The notes under the pieces were generated by a model. That model was not told the origin of the DNA and did not search any database. It saw nothing but the letters and a program-made list of their open reading frames with translations. Made by a program: the position numbers and the translations under genes. From a virus (Duplodnaviria; Caudoviricetes), in IMG/VR virus record IMGVR_UViG_3300032288_001605, positions 1 through 55,792 of that record: DNA of 55,792 nt; one strand, 5' to 3'. Shown one piece after another: positions 29,770 through 38,762 of this stretch (position 1 is its first letter; the number at the start of each line of letters is the position of its first letter).

Positions 29770-29890
29770 GGGTATTCCGATTTGTCACTTGGCTTCGCAA
29801 TTGGCGGAGCAGATACAGGAACAAGTGTGCTTTGCTTGCACACACGCCCTCGAGAATGCGAGATTGATGTGGCTAAATCTAAACCGATGA
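29723..29890 (+). CDS. Possible small Cys-containing protein (not in ORF track)
   Basis: 55-aa ORF MLQWIQIAERW...CFACTH filling the gap before the HNH gene. Confidence 0.35.
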   Translation: MLQWIQIAERWHLTHEGIPICHLASQLAEQIQEQVCFACTHALENARLMWLNLNR

Positions 29891-30258
29891 AAGTCGATGA
29901 GGATACTCGCATGAGCGTTTTGATTCGTGGAAACTATCATTGCGAGAGATGCGGTAGCGACTTTATGACTCTCGGGGTATCAGTTCATCACCGTAGACCA
30001 CGGATGATGGGCGGGTCCAAGAATGCTGACCTGCACCGTCCAGCCAACCTCATAGCCCTTTGTGGCTCGGGGGTAAGTGGATGCCACGGATGGGTCGAGT
30101 CCAACCGTCAGAAAGCCCGTAGAGAAGGTTTATTGATACAGAAAGTCGAGTCCGCCGAGGAGATTCCCTTCAAGGATTCTAAAGACCGATGGTGGCTTCT
30201 CGACAATTTAGGGCAAAAGAGACAACTTGACACAAATTGGACAATGCCCGATGTTTAA
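29869..30258 (+). CDS. HNH endonuclease
   Basis: CERCG...HHRRPR-x-MGG...NLIALCGSG-x-x-GCHGWVE. Confidence 0.85.
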   Translation: MAKSKPMKVDEDTRMSVLIRGNYHCERCGSDFMTLGVSVHHRRPRMMGGSKNADLHRPANLIALCGSGVSGCHGWVESNRQKARREGLLIQKVESAEEIPFKDSKDRWWLLDNLGQKRQLDTNWTMPDV

Positions 30259-30261
30259 GCC

Positions 30262-30669
30262 ATGGAATGTATCTGCTATTCAGACGAAACTGAACAAATG
30301 TTCTATCGTCTTGAGTTCAATCAAAGACCGTGGACGACGAATTCTGAGCGAGCGGGTAATCGCTGGGAGAGAGCAAAACAAACAAAAGAGTGGAGACAGG
30401 CTTTTGAACTATTGGCTAAATCTGGCAAGATTCCACCGATGTCATGGATTAGCGTCACAGTTGAACCGCATCAAAAAGGGGGTCGCCTTCAAGATGTAGG
30501 TGCATGTAATCCAGCAGTGAAAGCGGCTATCGATGGAATTGTTGACGCAGGAATTCTGCCAGATGATTCTCCGCAGTATGTACGCTCAATAATTTTTTTA
30601 GGACCAAAGAAAGGAAAAGATTCTTTGGTCATTCATATACGAGGAGTTAAGAAAGAAAGGTCACTATGA
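30262..30669 (+). CDS. RusA-like Holliday junction resolvase
   Basis: QDVGAC-x-PAVKAAIDGIVDAGILPDDS. Confidence 0.8.
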   Translation: MECICYSDETEQMFYRLEFNQRPWTTNSERAGNRWERAKQTKEWRQAFELLAKSGKIPPMSWISVTVEPHQKGGRLQDVGACNPAVKAAIDGIVDAGILPDDSPQYVRSIIFLGPKKGKDSLVIHIRGVKKERSL

Positions 30670-30869
30670 ATTGGGATTTAATTATTACAACAGCGGGGAT
30701 GTTATTAACGATTCTGTTTTTTTCGCCGTTCTATCTCGCGTTGGTTTCAGCGTATGTGAAGATGCGTTCCAAAACTGAAATTGAGTTCGTTGCCGTAGTT
30801 GCAGAGTTACAAAAGAAAAACAATATCGATGATGCTATCGAACGTATGTTCGAAGGAGATGTGAAATGA
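30666..30869 (+). CDS. Small membrane protein
   Basis: N-terminal TM helix. Confidence 0.55.
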   Translation: MNWDLIITTAGMLLTILFFSPFYLALVSAYVKMRSKTEIEFVAVVAELQKKNNIDDAIERMFEGDVK

Positions 30870-31159
30870 AAATGAAGGCAGAAGAGTTAGACGGTCGCGG
30901 TCTAGAAGACCTAACCACCATTAATAACGTAATCCGTACCCATCAGAATCAGATGACGGATTTACTAAAACGCCGCAAACAGTTGATTTTGCGCCTTCGT
31001 AAGCAACGCATCACGTATCGAGAAATTGCCGAAGCCATGGGAGTATCAGAGCAGTTGATTTATAAAATCATCCGTAACGATATTGACCGTGAGCCAAAAT
31101 ACGACAAAGAAGGAAAATTAATTCGTCATAGGGGCAGACCACCTAAGCCGAATCTTTAA
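30866..31159 (+). CDS. HTH DNA-binding protein
   Basis: TYREIAEAMGVSEQLIYKII; C-terminal RGRP. Confidence 0.75.
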   Translation: MKMKAEELDGRGLEDLTTINNVIRTHQNQMTDLLKRRKQLILRLRKQRITYREIAEAMGVSEQLIYKIIRNDIDREPKYDKEGKLIRHRGRPPKPNL

Positions 31160-31166
31160 TGAGATT

Positions 31167-31242
31167 GCGGGGATGGTGTAATGCAAACACAACTAACCTT
31201 CCAGTTAGATGATGGCGGTTCGATTCCGACCTCTCCGCTCCA
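31167..31242 (+). tRNA. Non-canonical tRNA-Gly(UCC)-like element overlapping the mom-like start codon
   Basis: 76-nt cloverleaf: acceptor GCGGGGA/TCTCCGC, U discriminator and encoded CCA; D stem GTGT/ACAC; CTAAC/GTTAG stem with 6-nt CTTCCA loop; T loop TTCGATT on a bulged stem. Confidence 0.8.
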
Positions 31243-31864
31243 AAAAACAGATGCGGTAATTAAACCTATTTCATATCAACTCGCAATGGAAATTGTGGTT
31301 GAGCGGCATTATCTCCATAGAACGGCTCCCGTGAGTCACGCATTCGGGTTATTCCTTCCAGATGTCATAGAGCCTTTCGGTGTCGTTACCTATGGTGTGA
31401 GTCCCTCATCGACATTATTGCGAGGAATCTGTGGGGATGAAGAAAAGCAAAATGTGTATGAGTTGAATCGTTTATGGGTAGATGACAGATTGCAAAAGAA
31501 TGCGGAGAGTTTCTTAGTGAGTCGGAGCATGAAATTTCTTGATAAGGAAATCATTGTGTCGTTCGCCGATACAGCGCAGAATCATTTAGGAGTTATTTAT
31601 CAAGCCTGTAATTTTCTATACACAGGATTATCGAGCAAGTTCAAAGACCCAAAAATTGAAGGCATTGAAGGGCATCACGCAACATACGCTCATGGTCTGA
31701 CAAATGAGGAAGTCGTGGAGAAGTTCGGAAACAAAGTCTCATTCGTTGAGCGCTCGCGCAAGCATCGTTATATTTATTTCAACGCCAAGGGAAAAAGGCG
31801 AGAAGAATTGATTTCTAAATTACGGTATCCAGTTTTGCCATATCCAAAGGCGGCAGTTCAATGA
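31181..31864 (+). CDS. mom: Mu Mom-like DNA adenine modification enzyme
   Basis: HY, GVVTYG, ELNRLW, NAES, SFAD, G-x-IYQA-x-NF-x-Y-x-G, RYIYF and terminal PYPK follow the Mom motif order. Confidence 0.8.
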   Translation: MQTQLTFQLDDGGSIPTSPLQKTDAVIKPISYQLAMEIVVERHYLHRTAPVSHAFGLFLPDVIEPFGVVTYGVSPSSTLLRGICGDEEKQNVYELNRLWVDDRLQKNAESFLVSRSMKFLDKEIIVSFADTAQNHLGVIYQACNFLYTGLSSKFKDPKIEGIEGHHATYAHGLTNEEVVEKFGNKVSFVERSRKHRYIYFNAKGKRREELISKLRYPVLPYPKAAVQ

Positions 31865-33051
31865 AAGCCAATATCAATGTAGGACAGGTTGCGTCAGTTC
31901 CTCTTGCATCATTAAATTCATATCCGCTCAATCCGCGCCGCGGAGATATTGAAGCGATTGCTCAATCACTCAAAGCCCATGGTCAGTACAGACCTATCGT
32001 CGTGCAGTACGGGTCGAATTACATTCTCGCTGGTAATCACACCTATAAGGCGGCAAAGAAACTAGGCTGGAAGAAAATCAAGATTACCTATGTGGATGTA
32101 AGTGAGGAGCAAGCCAAACAAATCGTGCTCGCTGATAATCGACTCACCGACCTTGCAACCTATAACGAGCCGATGCTCAAGAATCTTTTAACTTCACTAC
32201 CTGACCTTGAAGGAACGGGATTCTCTGAAGCCGATGTAGCCAATCTGGATAGATTGATTTCGGGTCTGGATAACGAGCCTGTAGGGGGAACAAAGTCTTT
32301 ACCGAAAGACCCTGAAGTAAAGATTGCGGCATGGCGATTTACGGTCGAGACAGATGCCTTCAAAGCATGGGAAGAGCAGGTCATTACTGAGTTCGGAAAG
32401 TCGCGCTCTAAAGTCATATCAGGAATCAAACTTCGCCTCGGATTCCCAGAGCGTAAGCCTGTTATTGAAGATACCCTTTCAGAGCGTTCTAAGGCTGACC
32501 CTAGCGATGTAGAGACAGTTTCGGTCAATGAGATATCGACTCATCCTCTCAACCCAAGAGAAGGCGATATTGGACAGATTATCGAATCGCTCAAGACCAT
32601 GGGTCAATATCGACCAATTGTGGCTAATCGAAAGACCAAGAATGTCCTCTCGGGTAATCACACACTTCAAGCCGCGGTCGCCCTTGGATGGGAGAAGGTG
32701 GCAGTTCACTGGGTCGATGTAGATGAGATTGAAGAAATCCGTATCCTTATCGTGGATAACAGGACAAGCGACCTTGCAACCTATGATTCCGCTGAGTTGA
32801 ACAAACTTCTGACAAGTGCGGTCATCAATGGAACAGGATTCACCCGTGAAGATGTCATGGAGATTCTTTCAGGGGGTAAGACAAAGCCGGGGCATAACCC
32901 AGTAGGGCGAACCAATATCCGCGTCGGTTCATACTCCATGAGAGTTCACACTGAAGATTTGAATGAGTGGGCAAACGCTATCTATAACTGGCAAGATGTC
33001 GCTCAACTATTACAGATACCGCTTGAAGCATGTACAACAGAGGTAGAATAA
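31861..33051 (+). CDS. Protein with two tandem ParB/Srx-like domains
   Basis: PLNPR-x-GDI...SLK-x-x-GQYRPIV...GNHT...LGW-x-K...DNR-x-x-DLATY occurs twice. Confidence 0.85.
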   Translation: MKANINVGQVASVPLASLNSYPLNPRRGDIEAIAQSLKAHGQYRPIVVQYGSNYILAGNHTYKAAKKLGWKKIKITYVDVSEEQAKQIVLADNRLTDLATYNEPMLKNLLTSLPDLEGTGFSEADVANLDRLISGLDNEPVGGTKSLPKDPEVKIAAWRFTVETDAFKAWEEQVITEFGKSRSKVISGIKLRLGFPERKPVIEDTLSERSKADPSDVETVSVNEISTHPLNPREGDIGQIIESLKTMGQYRPIVANRKTKNVLSGNHTLQAAVALGWEKVAVHWVDVDEIEEIRILIVDNRTSDLATYDSAELNKLLTSAVINGTGFTREDVMEILSGGKTKPGHNPVGRTNIRVGSYSMRVHTEDLNEWANAIYNWQDVAQLLQIPLEACTTEVE

Positions 33052-33059
33052 ACCCCACT

Positions 33060-33614
33060 ATGAGTTCAAAAGATACTACTAAGCCTACGAAGGCTAAGAA
33101 AGCCCCTGCCCCTAAAGAGACTAAGACCAAGATTGAAACAAGAGGTCGCAAGACTGAGTTAAAAGAAGAAATAATAGAAAACATTATGAAGCATATCCGT
33201 AAGGGTATCCCTATTAAGACTGCCGTAGGCATGGCTGGTATCTCTGAAAGTACCTTTTTTAGTTGGATGAAAAGGGGTAATGATGAGCAATATCGGATAA
33301 GCAAAGGGGAAAAGCCCAATCCGAAAGAAACTTTATTTCTGGAATTTCTGGAGTCTGCTACGCGGGCGAGAGAAGAGGCTAAGGGCGCTCATATAGGGGT
33401 TATAGCCAATGCTGGAGCGCAAGGAGATTGGCGAGCCTCTGCATGGTGGCTATCCCGCCAATTCAGAGAAGAGTTCGGCGATAACCCAACACCTCAAGTA
33501 AATAACATAACTAACAACACGCTCAATATCGGCACAAGCATGTCTGAATTACAGACCCTTATCGCTGAAATCAAAGAGCGACGAATAAGGGTTATTGATG
33601 CCCCGTCTGATTGA
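33060..33614 (+). CDS. Terminase small subunit
   Basis: RGRKT...AGISESTFFSW...DWRASAWWLSR; directly before TerL. Confidence 0.75.
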   Translation: MSSKDTTKPTKAKKAPAPKETKTKIETRGRKTELKEEIIENIMKHIRKGIPIKTAVGMAGISESTFFSWMKRGNDEQYRISKGEKPNPKETLFLEFLESATRAREEAKGAHIGVIANAGAQGDWRASAWWLSRQFREEFGDNPTPQVNNITNNTLNIGTSMSELQTLIAEIKERRIRVIDAPSD

Positions 33615-35196
33615 TGAGTTCTATTCGCTGACCGATGAAGAGCAAGAAGCATTAGCGGAGGTCATGACGGATGAGCAAAAAGATACTCTCGCCTTACTTC
33701 TCAACGCAGAGAAAACAAACCCATGGGCTAAATACGAATCCGACCCAGTAGCATTTATTGAACATGGATTAGGTGAAACTCTTTGGTCTAAACAGCGAGA
33801 GATTCTTGAGAGCGTTAGAGATAACAAACGAACAGCAGTTCCCGCATGTCACGCTCCCGGAAAGTCTCACCTTGCCGCAAGAGCCGTTGCATGGTGGATG
33901 TCAGTTCATCCTCCCGGAACCGCAATTGCAATTACAACAGCGACAACTTTCAAACAAGTAAGAAATATTATGTGGGCGCAGATTCGTAGAGTTCACATGT
34001 CACATAATCTTCCGGGAGAAATTCTTACTACTGAATGGAAGATGGATGACACAGTTGTTGCCTATGGATTTCGTCCAGCCGATAACAATGAAGCGGCGCT
34101 ACAGGGTATCCACGCACCTAATCTTTTAATTGTGGTCGATGAAGCGGGTGGTATTTCAGACACAATCGGTCAAGCAATGGAAGCGCTCATGACGGGTGGA
34201 AACACAAGACTTCTTGTAGTTGGTAACCCACCGACTGACCAAGAGCAGACATGGTTCGAACGTATCTGTAATTCGCCTCTCTATAACACGATTTCTATTT
34301 CCGCTTTCGATACTCCAAACTTCACGGGAGAAGAGGCGGGTGATTGCAAGTCATGTCCGCAAACTACGGGCGCTCATTCAGTTTCATCACACTTAGTCGA
34401 TGAGCGATGGGTCAAAGATGTCATGTCGGAGTTCGGCGATGATTCGCCATTCGTTGAGGCTCGCGTCCATGCAAGATTTCCACAAACAGGAACAGGAAAG
34501 GTCATTCCGTATCAATGGGCTGAAGCCTCGATTGATAACGAGAGTCCACTTGAGGGCAACGAGATACGACTTGGAGTGGATATCGCTTCAGATGGTGGCG
34601 ATGAATTCGTTATCGCAAAAGCCGATGGATTCTCGGTCAAGATAGTTCACCGCTCTTCTGGGTCGGTCAATGCCAATGCCGTTGACGTTGCGGGGGTAAT
34701 CCTTCGCTTCATTCAAAGTGCGCAAGAGGAGCATGAGGCAAAGGGCATAAGTAAGCGCGTAAGGGTCAAAATAGACACGATTGGAGTTGGCTGGGGTGTT
34801 GTATCCATGCTCAAGACATGGGGGCAGGAGAGACGCCATAACGCCGAGATAATCGCTATCAATGTGGCAGAGCGTCCGAAAGACCAAACTAAATTCAAGA
34901 ATCAAAGAGCCGAGATGTGGTGGAATGCTCGCTCCCTTCTACAGCCAAGCGCTGAAGGTCGCCAAGATATCCGCCTCGAGGTCGACAGAGCAGTTCTAGC
35001 CCAGTTAGCAGGTCCAACCTATCTTTCAGATTCCTCGGGTCGTATCCAGATTGAATCAAAAGCCGATATGAAGAAGCGTGGCGTCTCCTCACCTGACCGC
35101 GCTGAAGCGATACTTCTCGCCTTGTATGAGAATAAGAATATAGTTGCGAGCATTAATCCGATTTCGATAGGACAGAGTAATCAGTGGAGCATGTAA
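33598..35196 (+). CDS. terL: Terminase large subunit
   Basis: ACHAPGKS (Walker A), IVVDEA (Walker B), GNP, LGVDIA, SPDRAEA. Confidence 0.9.
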   Translation: MPRLIDEFYSLTDEEQEALAEVMTDEQKDTLALLLNAEKTNPWAKYESDPVAFIEHGLGETLWSKQREILESVRDNKRTAVPACHAPGKSHLAARAVAWWMSVHPPGTAIAITTATTFKQVRNIMWAQIRRVHMSHNLPGEILTTEWKMDDTVVAYGFRPADNNEAALQGIHAPNLLIVVDEAGGISDTIGQAMEALMTGGNTRLLVVGNPPTDQEQTWFERICNSPLYNTISISAFDTPNFTGEEAGDCKSCPQTTGAHSVSSHLVDERWVKDVMSEFGDDSPFVEARVHARFPQTGTGKVIPYQWAEASIDNESPLEGNEIRLGVDIASDGGDEFVIAKADGFSVKIVHRSSGSVNANAVDVAGVILRFIQSAQEEHEAKGISKRVRVKIDTIGVGWGVVSMLKTWGQERRHNAEIIAINVAERPKDQTKFKNQRAEMWWNARSLLQPSAEGRQDIRLEVDRAVLAQLAGPTYLSDSSGRIQIESKADMKKRGVSSPDRAEAILLALYENKNIVASINPISIGQSNQWSM

Positions 35197-35564
35197 ACGA
35201 ACCAAAGAGAAGTGATTGGGATTTAGATTTTAGATTCGGTCAATATGGTGAGCAGACAGTTGCAAACCTTGTTGAGACTATCGAGGTTAAATCCGATAGG
35301 CGCTGGAAAGATACGGGCAATCTTTATATCGAAACCCAATGCTGGTCCCATAACAATAAATGCTGGTACCAAAGTGGTATCAATGCAACCAAGGCTTCAC
35401 ACTGGGCATTTAATCTAGAGGGATTAATAATTATTGTTGAAGTTGAGAAGATTCGTAATGCGATATCACTATTCGGTCGAGAGATTAAATGCGAAATCCC
35501 ACCGAATTACTCAGTGGGATTCCTCATTACAGTTGATGATTTACTGCGTATCGCCCGATGGTGA
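35184..35564 (+). CDS. PD-(D/E)xK-like nuclease-fold protein
   Basis: IEVKSD...TGNLYIE...SGINATKA-x-x-W pattern. Confidence 0.55.
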   Translation: MEHVNEPKRSDWDLDFRFGQYGEQTVANLVETIEVKSDRRWKDTGNLYIETQCWSHNNKCWYQSGINATKASHWAFNLEGLIIIVEVEKIRNAISLFGREIKCEIPPNYSVGFLITVDDLLRIARW

Positions 35565-35780
35565 GCGACCTTGCCTATCTAGCATGTCGAGTTGAGCCGT
35601 TGAAATAAAAGCCTCCGCTTTACTATCTAGCACCTTGTCAATGATTCCTTGAACAAGACTCGCAGTGGCTATCGTTCCGCATGGCTCGCAGATACAGATA
35701 GGCATGAAGTTCGCTTTAATCTCCTCGGCAATTTTTCTACGAAGTATGGTTTCTAATAGTGTCATGTGTTTATTCTCCAT
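35541..35780 (-). CDS. Hypothetical protein
   Basis: End of leftward early operon; CICEPC. Confidence 0.5.
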   Translation of the reverse strand: MENKHMTLLETILRRKIAEEIKANFMPICICEPCGTIATASLVQGIIDKVLDSKAEAFISTAQLDMLDRQGRSPSGDTQ

Positions 35781-35970
35781 GTGGTTTATTCAAAAAGTCT
35801 AACAGTTGCTCGACGATAACCACGTCTCTTGTTACGTCATCCTTAGTCATGGCATGACCAAAAGATGATGCGAATGCTTGAATCTCTCTGATGATTGCGG
35901 CTCGCTCTGTTAGTTCGATGCGCTCGCGCAATACTTCAAAGTTGCGAACAATTTCAGTTTCAAGTGTCAT
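35770..35970 (-). CDS. Hypothetical protein
   Basis: Coupled ORF in leftward operon. Confidence 0.55.
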   Translation of the reverse strand: MTLETEIVRNFEVLRERIELTERAAIIREIQAFASSFGHAMTKDDVTRDVVIVEQLLDFLNKPHGE

Positions 35971-36302
35971 AGACCTGAATCCTTCTTCAATCTATCTAGA
36001 GTACGGCGGGCAATGATGTCGAATGGCATACTTCCCCAGCCTTGCAAGAATTCACGAAGAAATCCACCGAAGGCATTCTTCTCCTCTACAAAATCGACAG
36101 TCTGCTCAACTACTTCTTCATATTCATCACGCAAGATATCGCTCAGTTCTGACACGGTTTTACCCTTGGCGCTAGAAACTAATTCGGTCCACATTTCGTA
36201 ATCATTCTCGACTACGAGTAACCATGTATCAGCGAACCATTCGGCTAGAACGCTCGCCTTTGTATCGTCATGCAGAGTTTCGGCTTGTACTTGTAAAGTC
36301 AT
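35967..36302 (-). CDS. Hypothetical acidic protein
   Basis: GAGAGG RBS; coupled to upstream gene. Confidence 0.6.
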   Translation of the reverse strand: MTLQVQAETLHDDTKASVLAEWFADTWLLVVENDYEMWTELVSSAKGKTVSELSDILRDEYEEVVEQTVDFVEEKNAFGGFLREFLQGWGSMPFDIIARRTLDRLKKDSGL

Positions 36303-36541
36303 GCTAATACCCTCTCCCATGTCTCAGTTTCGTCATTGAATATCTTCCAACCTATCTGTCGTAGGTCTGAATCAGTTACAGTGAATGGCGCTTCGACTGC
36401 ACGAAGTTTGTATCCTGACCACCATCCGTAAGTTTCATTTCGCTTAGGTAGTTCGAGCACGATATATGTAGTGCCGAGATTAGCCATGTCTGAATAGCGA
36501 ACGACAGAGCCAATCTGTGCCATGAGTTGAGGTGTCGTCAT
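36299..36541 (-). CDS. Hypothetical protein
   Basis: GAGG RBS; ATGA coupling. Confidence 0.55.
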   Translation of the reverse strand: MTTPQLMAQIGSVVRYSDMANLGTTYIVLELPKRNETYGWWSGYKLRAVEAPFTVTDSDLRQIGWKIFNDETETWERVLA

Positions 36542-36945
36542 GCGAACACCTCTTCCTCTTGTGGCTCGACTCCGAATGTTGTTTCATAGAGGAAACGTCC
36601 ACCCTCCCAGTCATCCCAATTCCCATCGCTTTTGATTGTGATGTCATCGCCAAAGATTTTCTTGGCATGAATCAAAACCGCAACTACCGCCATGTCGTAA
36701 GGCTTGCCAGCAGTTTTGCAGAAATTGAATTCCTCAAGAGTCTTCTCAAAGATGAATGACTCATGACCTAACTCATTCGGTCCATTGAAGGAAACGTAAT
36801 TGGCTGGACTTGAATCCACCTCTAAATCAATTCCTGCATCAATGGCTATTTCAATGATTTGTTTTACGCCTTCTTGAAACGTATGAAACTTAACGTAATC
36901 AAGCGTGATGCCGCCTTTTGTCTTCCAGTAGTGGGTATATCCCAT
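36538..36945 (-). CDS. Conserved phage early protein (MGYTHYW...FCKT-x-x-KPYD...SDG)
   Basis: Own promoter and GAAAGGGG RBS. Confidence 0.7.
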   Translation of the reverse strand: MGYTHYWKTKGGITLDYVKFHTFQEGVKQIIEIAIDAGIDLEVDSSPANYVSFNGPNELGHESFIFEKTLEEFNFCKTAGKPYDMAVVAVLIHAKKIFGDDITIKSDGNWDDWEGGRFLYETTFGVEPQEEEVFA

Positions 36946-36970
36946 TTCTATCCCCTTTCTTTCAGTTCTG

Positions 36971-36999
36971 AGTTTATCCTACTTGGGTTAGTAATTCAA
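36971..36999 (-). promoter_or_regulatory. Conserved cassette promoter
   Basis: TTGAAT-TACTAACCCAAGTAGGA-TAAACT. Confidence 0.75.
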
Positions 37000-37330
37000 C
37001 ATTCAGCGAGCGCTGTCTCCATTGATTCGCCCATGCGTTATCGGTTGGAGTTAGCAATTTAATGAAGGGCGCTGGAGCCAATTGCATTGGACCAGCCTCT
37101 TCACCGATTACCTTTACAGCGAGGCTACCGTTTTTGCGCCTTGTTAGAAACACTGCGCCAGTCACTTTATCCCCACGCTTGAACGCGGCGAAGAATGGTT
37201 TCTCACCGTATTCGTTTTTACCCTCAACGAGTTTGACGAGTTTTAAGTGCGGATAACTGCGCTTGATATCAAACTCGAGATATTTCTTGGTCGTGATGTT
37301 TTTCCCGACCTGAGTTACTGTCCAACCCAT
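36974..37330 (-). CDS. Hypothetical early protein (MGWT...E-x-x-GP...WANQWR type)
   Basis: Recognisable motif pattern; AAAGG RBS. Confidence 0.65.
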   Translation of the reverse strand: MGWTVTQVGKNITTKKYLEFDIKRSYPHLKLVKLVEGKNEYGEKPFFAAFKRGDKVTGAVFLTRRKNGSLAVKVIGEEAGPMQLAPAPFIKLLTPTDNAWANQWRQRSLNVELLTQVG

Positions 37331-37837
37331 TTATGCTACCGCCTTTTCTTTTGCTAACTCGGTGATTGCTTTCAACACTTCGATTGGCAATTCGCGAACC
37401 TCGGTGTATCCGCTCAATCTGTGACCGCTAATCGCTTCAACCGCTTCAATGAATTCCTTGTAGGCTGGTTGATAAACCTTCTCTTGGAATTCTTGTCTTT
37501 CGGCTTTGGCAATTGCCGCTTTGTTTTGAGCGATTTTTTGTTGAGCCTCGTATTCTGCTCTCTGAACTTCATACTCTGCCCAAGGAATGAACAACTGGCT
37601 CAACTGGACAACTTTGCTTATCCAGCGAAGTTCTGTCTCGTATCCGTATCGAACCGCAACTTTTACTTTCACGCCCAAGCCTGTTCCTCTTTGAGCAATT
37701 TCGCCGTAACGCCACTGCTCATGAGGCTCGACCGCTTCGATGACTACTTTTTCGTATCCATAGTTTCCGATGTAGTGGCTACGGCTTCTGTTGTAAGCCC
37801 ATTCTTGACCCACTACCAACTGATTTCTTTTTGCCAT
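37331..37837 (-). CDS. Hypothetical early protein
   Basis: Own promoter and GAAAGGGGG RBS. Confidence 0.7.
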   Translation of the reverse strand: MAKRNQLVVGQEWAYNRSRSHYIGNYGYEKVVIEAVEPHEQWRYGEIAQRGTGLGVKVKVAVRYGYETELRWISKVVQLSQLFIPWAEYEVQRAEYEAQQKIAQNKAAIAKAERQEFQEKVYQPAYKEFIEAVEAISGHRLSGYTEVRELPIEVLKAITELAKEKAVA

Positions 37838-37861
37838 TTCGTCCCCCTTTCGGACAAGTCC

Positions 37862-37890
37862 ATTATATCAAACTTCGGTTGGTTATTCAA
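37862..37890 (-). promoter_or_regulatory. Conserved cassette promoter
   Basis: TTGAAT-AACCAACCGAAGTTTGA-TATAAT. Confidence 0.85.
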
Positions 37891-38264
37891 TGTCCAGTCG
37901 ATGCTTGTCGAGGTGTGCCGTCCCAGAACCAGCCGTAAGCGACTGAATCAATTTTGATGGCTGGCAAACCTTCTCCTGCGTAACGGATTCGGTGCATTGT
38001 GATTGGAGCCTCTACCTTGTCGTATTCGCCTGTCTCGCGATTGCGTAGTTCGCGAATCAATGGCTCTCCAGTTGAAACCGTGGTCCAGTAATCGCCCTGA
38101 CCCCATTCGGAGTATTCGCGCTTTTGACCTGTTTCCTGCACCCATACGGATGAAGCCGATACACGCACGACCTTGAAGAATTCAACATTGGTCTGGTCAT
38201 AGCCCCAAGATGTGTAGAAGATATCTCCGACCTTTGGCACTACCTTTTCGATTGTCTGAGTCAT
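37887..38264 (-). CDS. Conserved early protein (VGDIFYTSWGYDQTNVEFF type)
   Basis: SWGYDQTN motif; own promoter and RBS. Confidence 0.7.
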   Translation of the reverse strand: MTQTIEKVVPKVGDIFYTSWGYDQTNVEFFKVVRVSASSVWVQETGQKREYSEWGQGDYWTTVSTGEPLIRELRNRETGEYDKVEAPITMHRIRYAGEGLPAIKIDSVAYGWFWDGTPRQASTGH

Positions 38265-38286
38265 TTTGACCCTCCCTTTCAATCTA

Positions 38287-38315
38287 AGTTTATCAAACTT
38301 GGGTTAGTTATTCAA
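38287..38315 (-). promoter_or_regulatory. Conserved cassette promoter
   Basis: TTGAAT-AACTAACCCAAGTTTGA-TAAACT. Confidence 0.8.
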
Positions 38316-38518
38316 GCGTAGAGAACTTTGGCGTGGATATCTCCCGCTAGGCGCTGGGCATCCTGCCACGCAGTTTCTCCGTAGAAATACTTGGTCTTTC
38401 CGCCGCCTACGACCTTGTAGAAATCGTCGTCGATATCGGCAACGTAAACCTTGGCTACAGAGTTTCCGATGAATTCATTCTCCAACCATTCTTTGACCTG
38501 ACTGACTTTTGGCTTCAT
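38312..38518 (-). CDS. Small early protein (FYGETAW-x-DA-x-R)
   Basis: GAGG RBS; TAATG coupling. Confidence 0.65.
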   Translation of the reverse strand: MKPKVSQVKEWLENEFIGNSVAKVYVADIDDDFYKVVGGGKTKYFYGETAWQDAQRLAGDIHAKVLYA

Positions 38519-38673
38519 TAGGCAACCTCTTCCTTTTCGAAGACTTCAGTGATTCTGTACTTTCCGCCGACCCATGCAGTGGCGGTTATCGCGTAAGCCT
38601 CGGCTTCTTCTTTTGTCTTGAAGACGTAGACCGCTCTCTTTCCCTTTACTTCGACCTTGAAGGCTTTCTTCAT
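38518..38673 (-). CDS. Small early protein, 51 aa (not in ORF track)
   Basis: MKKAFKVEVKGKRAVYVFKTKEEAEAYA...; GAAAGGGG RBS and own promoter. Confidence 0.7.
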   Translation of the reverse strand: MKKAFKVEVKGKRAVYVFKTKEEAEAYAITATAWVGGKYRITEVFEKEEVA

Positions 38674-38698
38674 GGCGACCCCTTTCTCTTACAGGACC

Positions 38699-38727
38699 AG
38701 TATATCAAACGGGGGTTAGATATGCAA
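38699..38727 (-). promoter_or_regulatory. Conserved cassette promoter
   Basis: TTGCAT-ATCTAACCCCCGTTTGA-TATACT. Confidence 0.8.
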
Positions 38728-38746
38728 CACGTTATTAACCTATGTT

Positions 38747-38762
38747 TCGAACACCTGTTCGA
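38747..38762. promoter_or_regulatory. Actinobacterial-type LexA (SOS) box
   Basis: TCGAAC-ACCT-GTTCGA, exact match to TCGAAC-N4-GTTCGA, in a divergent intergenic region. Confidence 0.7.

Noticed and set aside
31167-31242. Ordinary translational tRNA-Gly or tRNA-Trp, or an attP remnant
   Set aside because: Anticodon loop is not 7 nt, D loop lacks GG and T stem is bulged; no integrase in the window; acceptor identity is Gly
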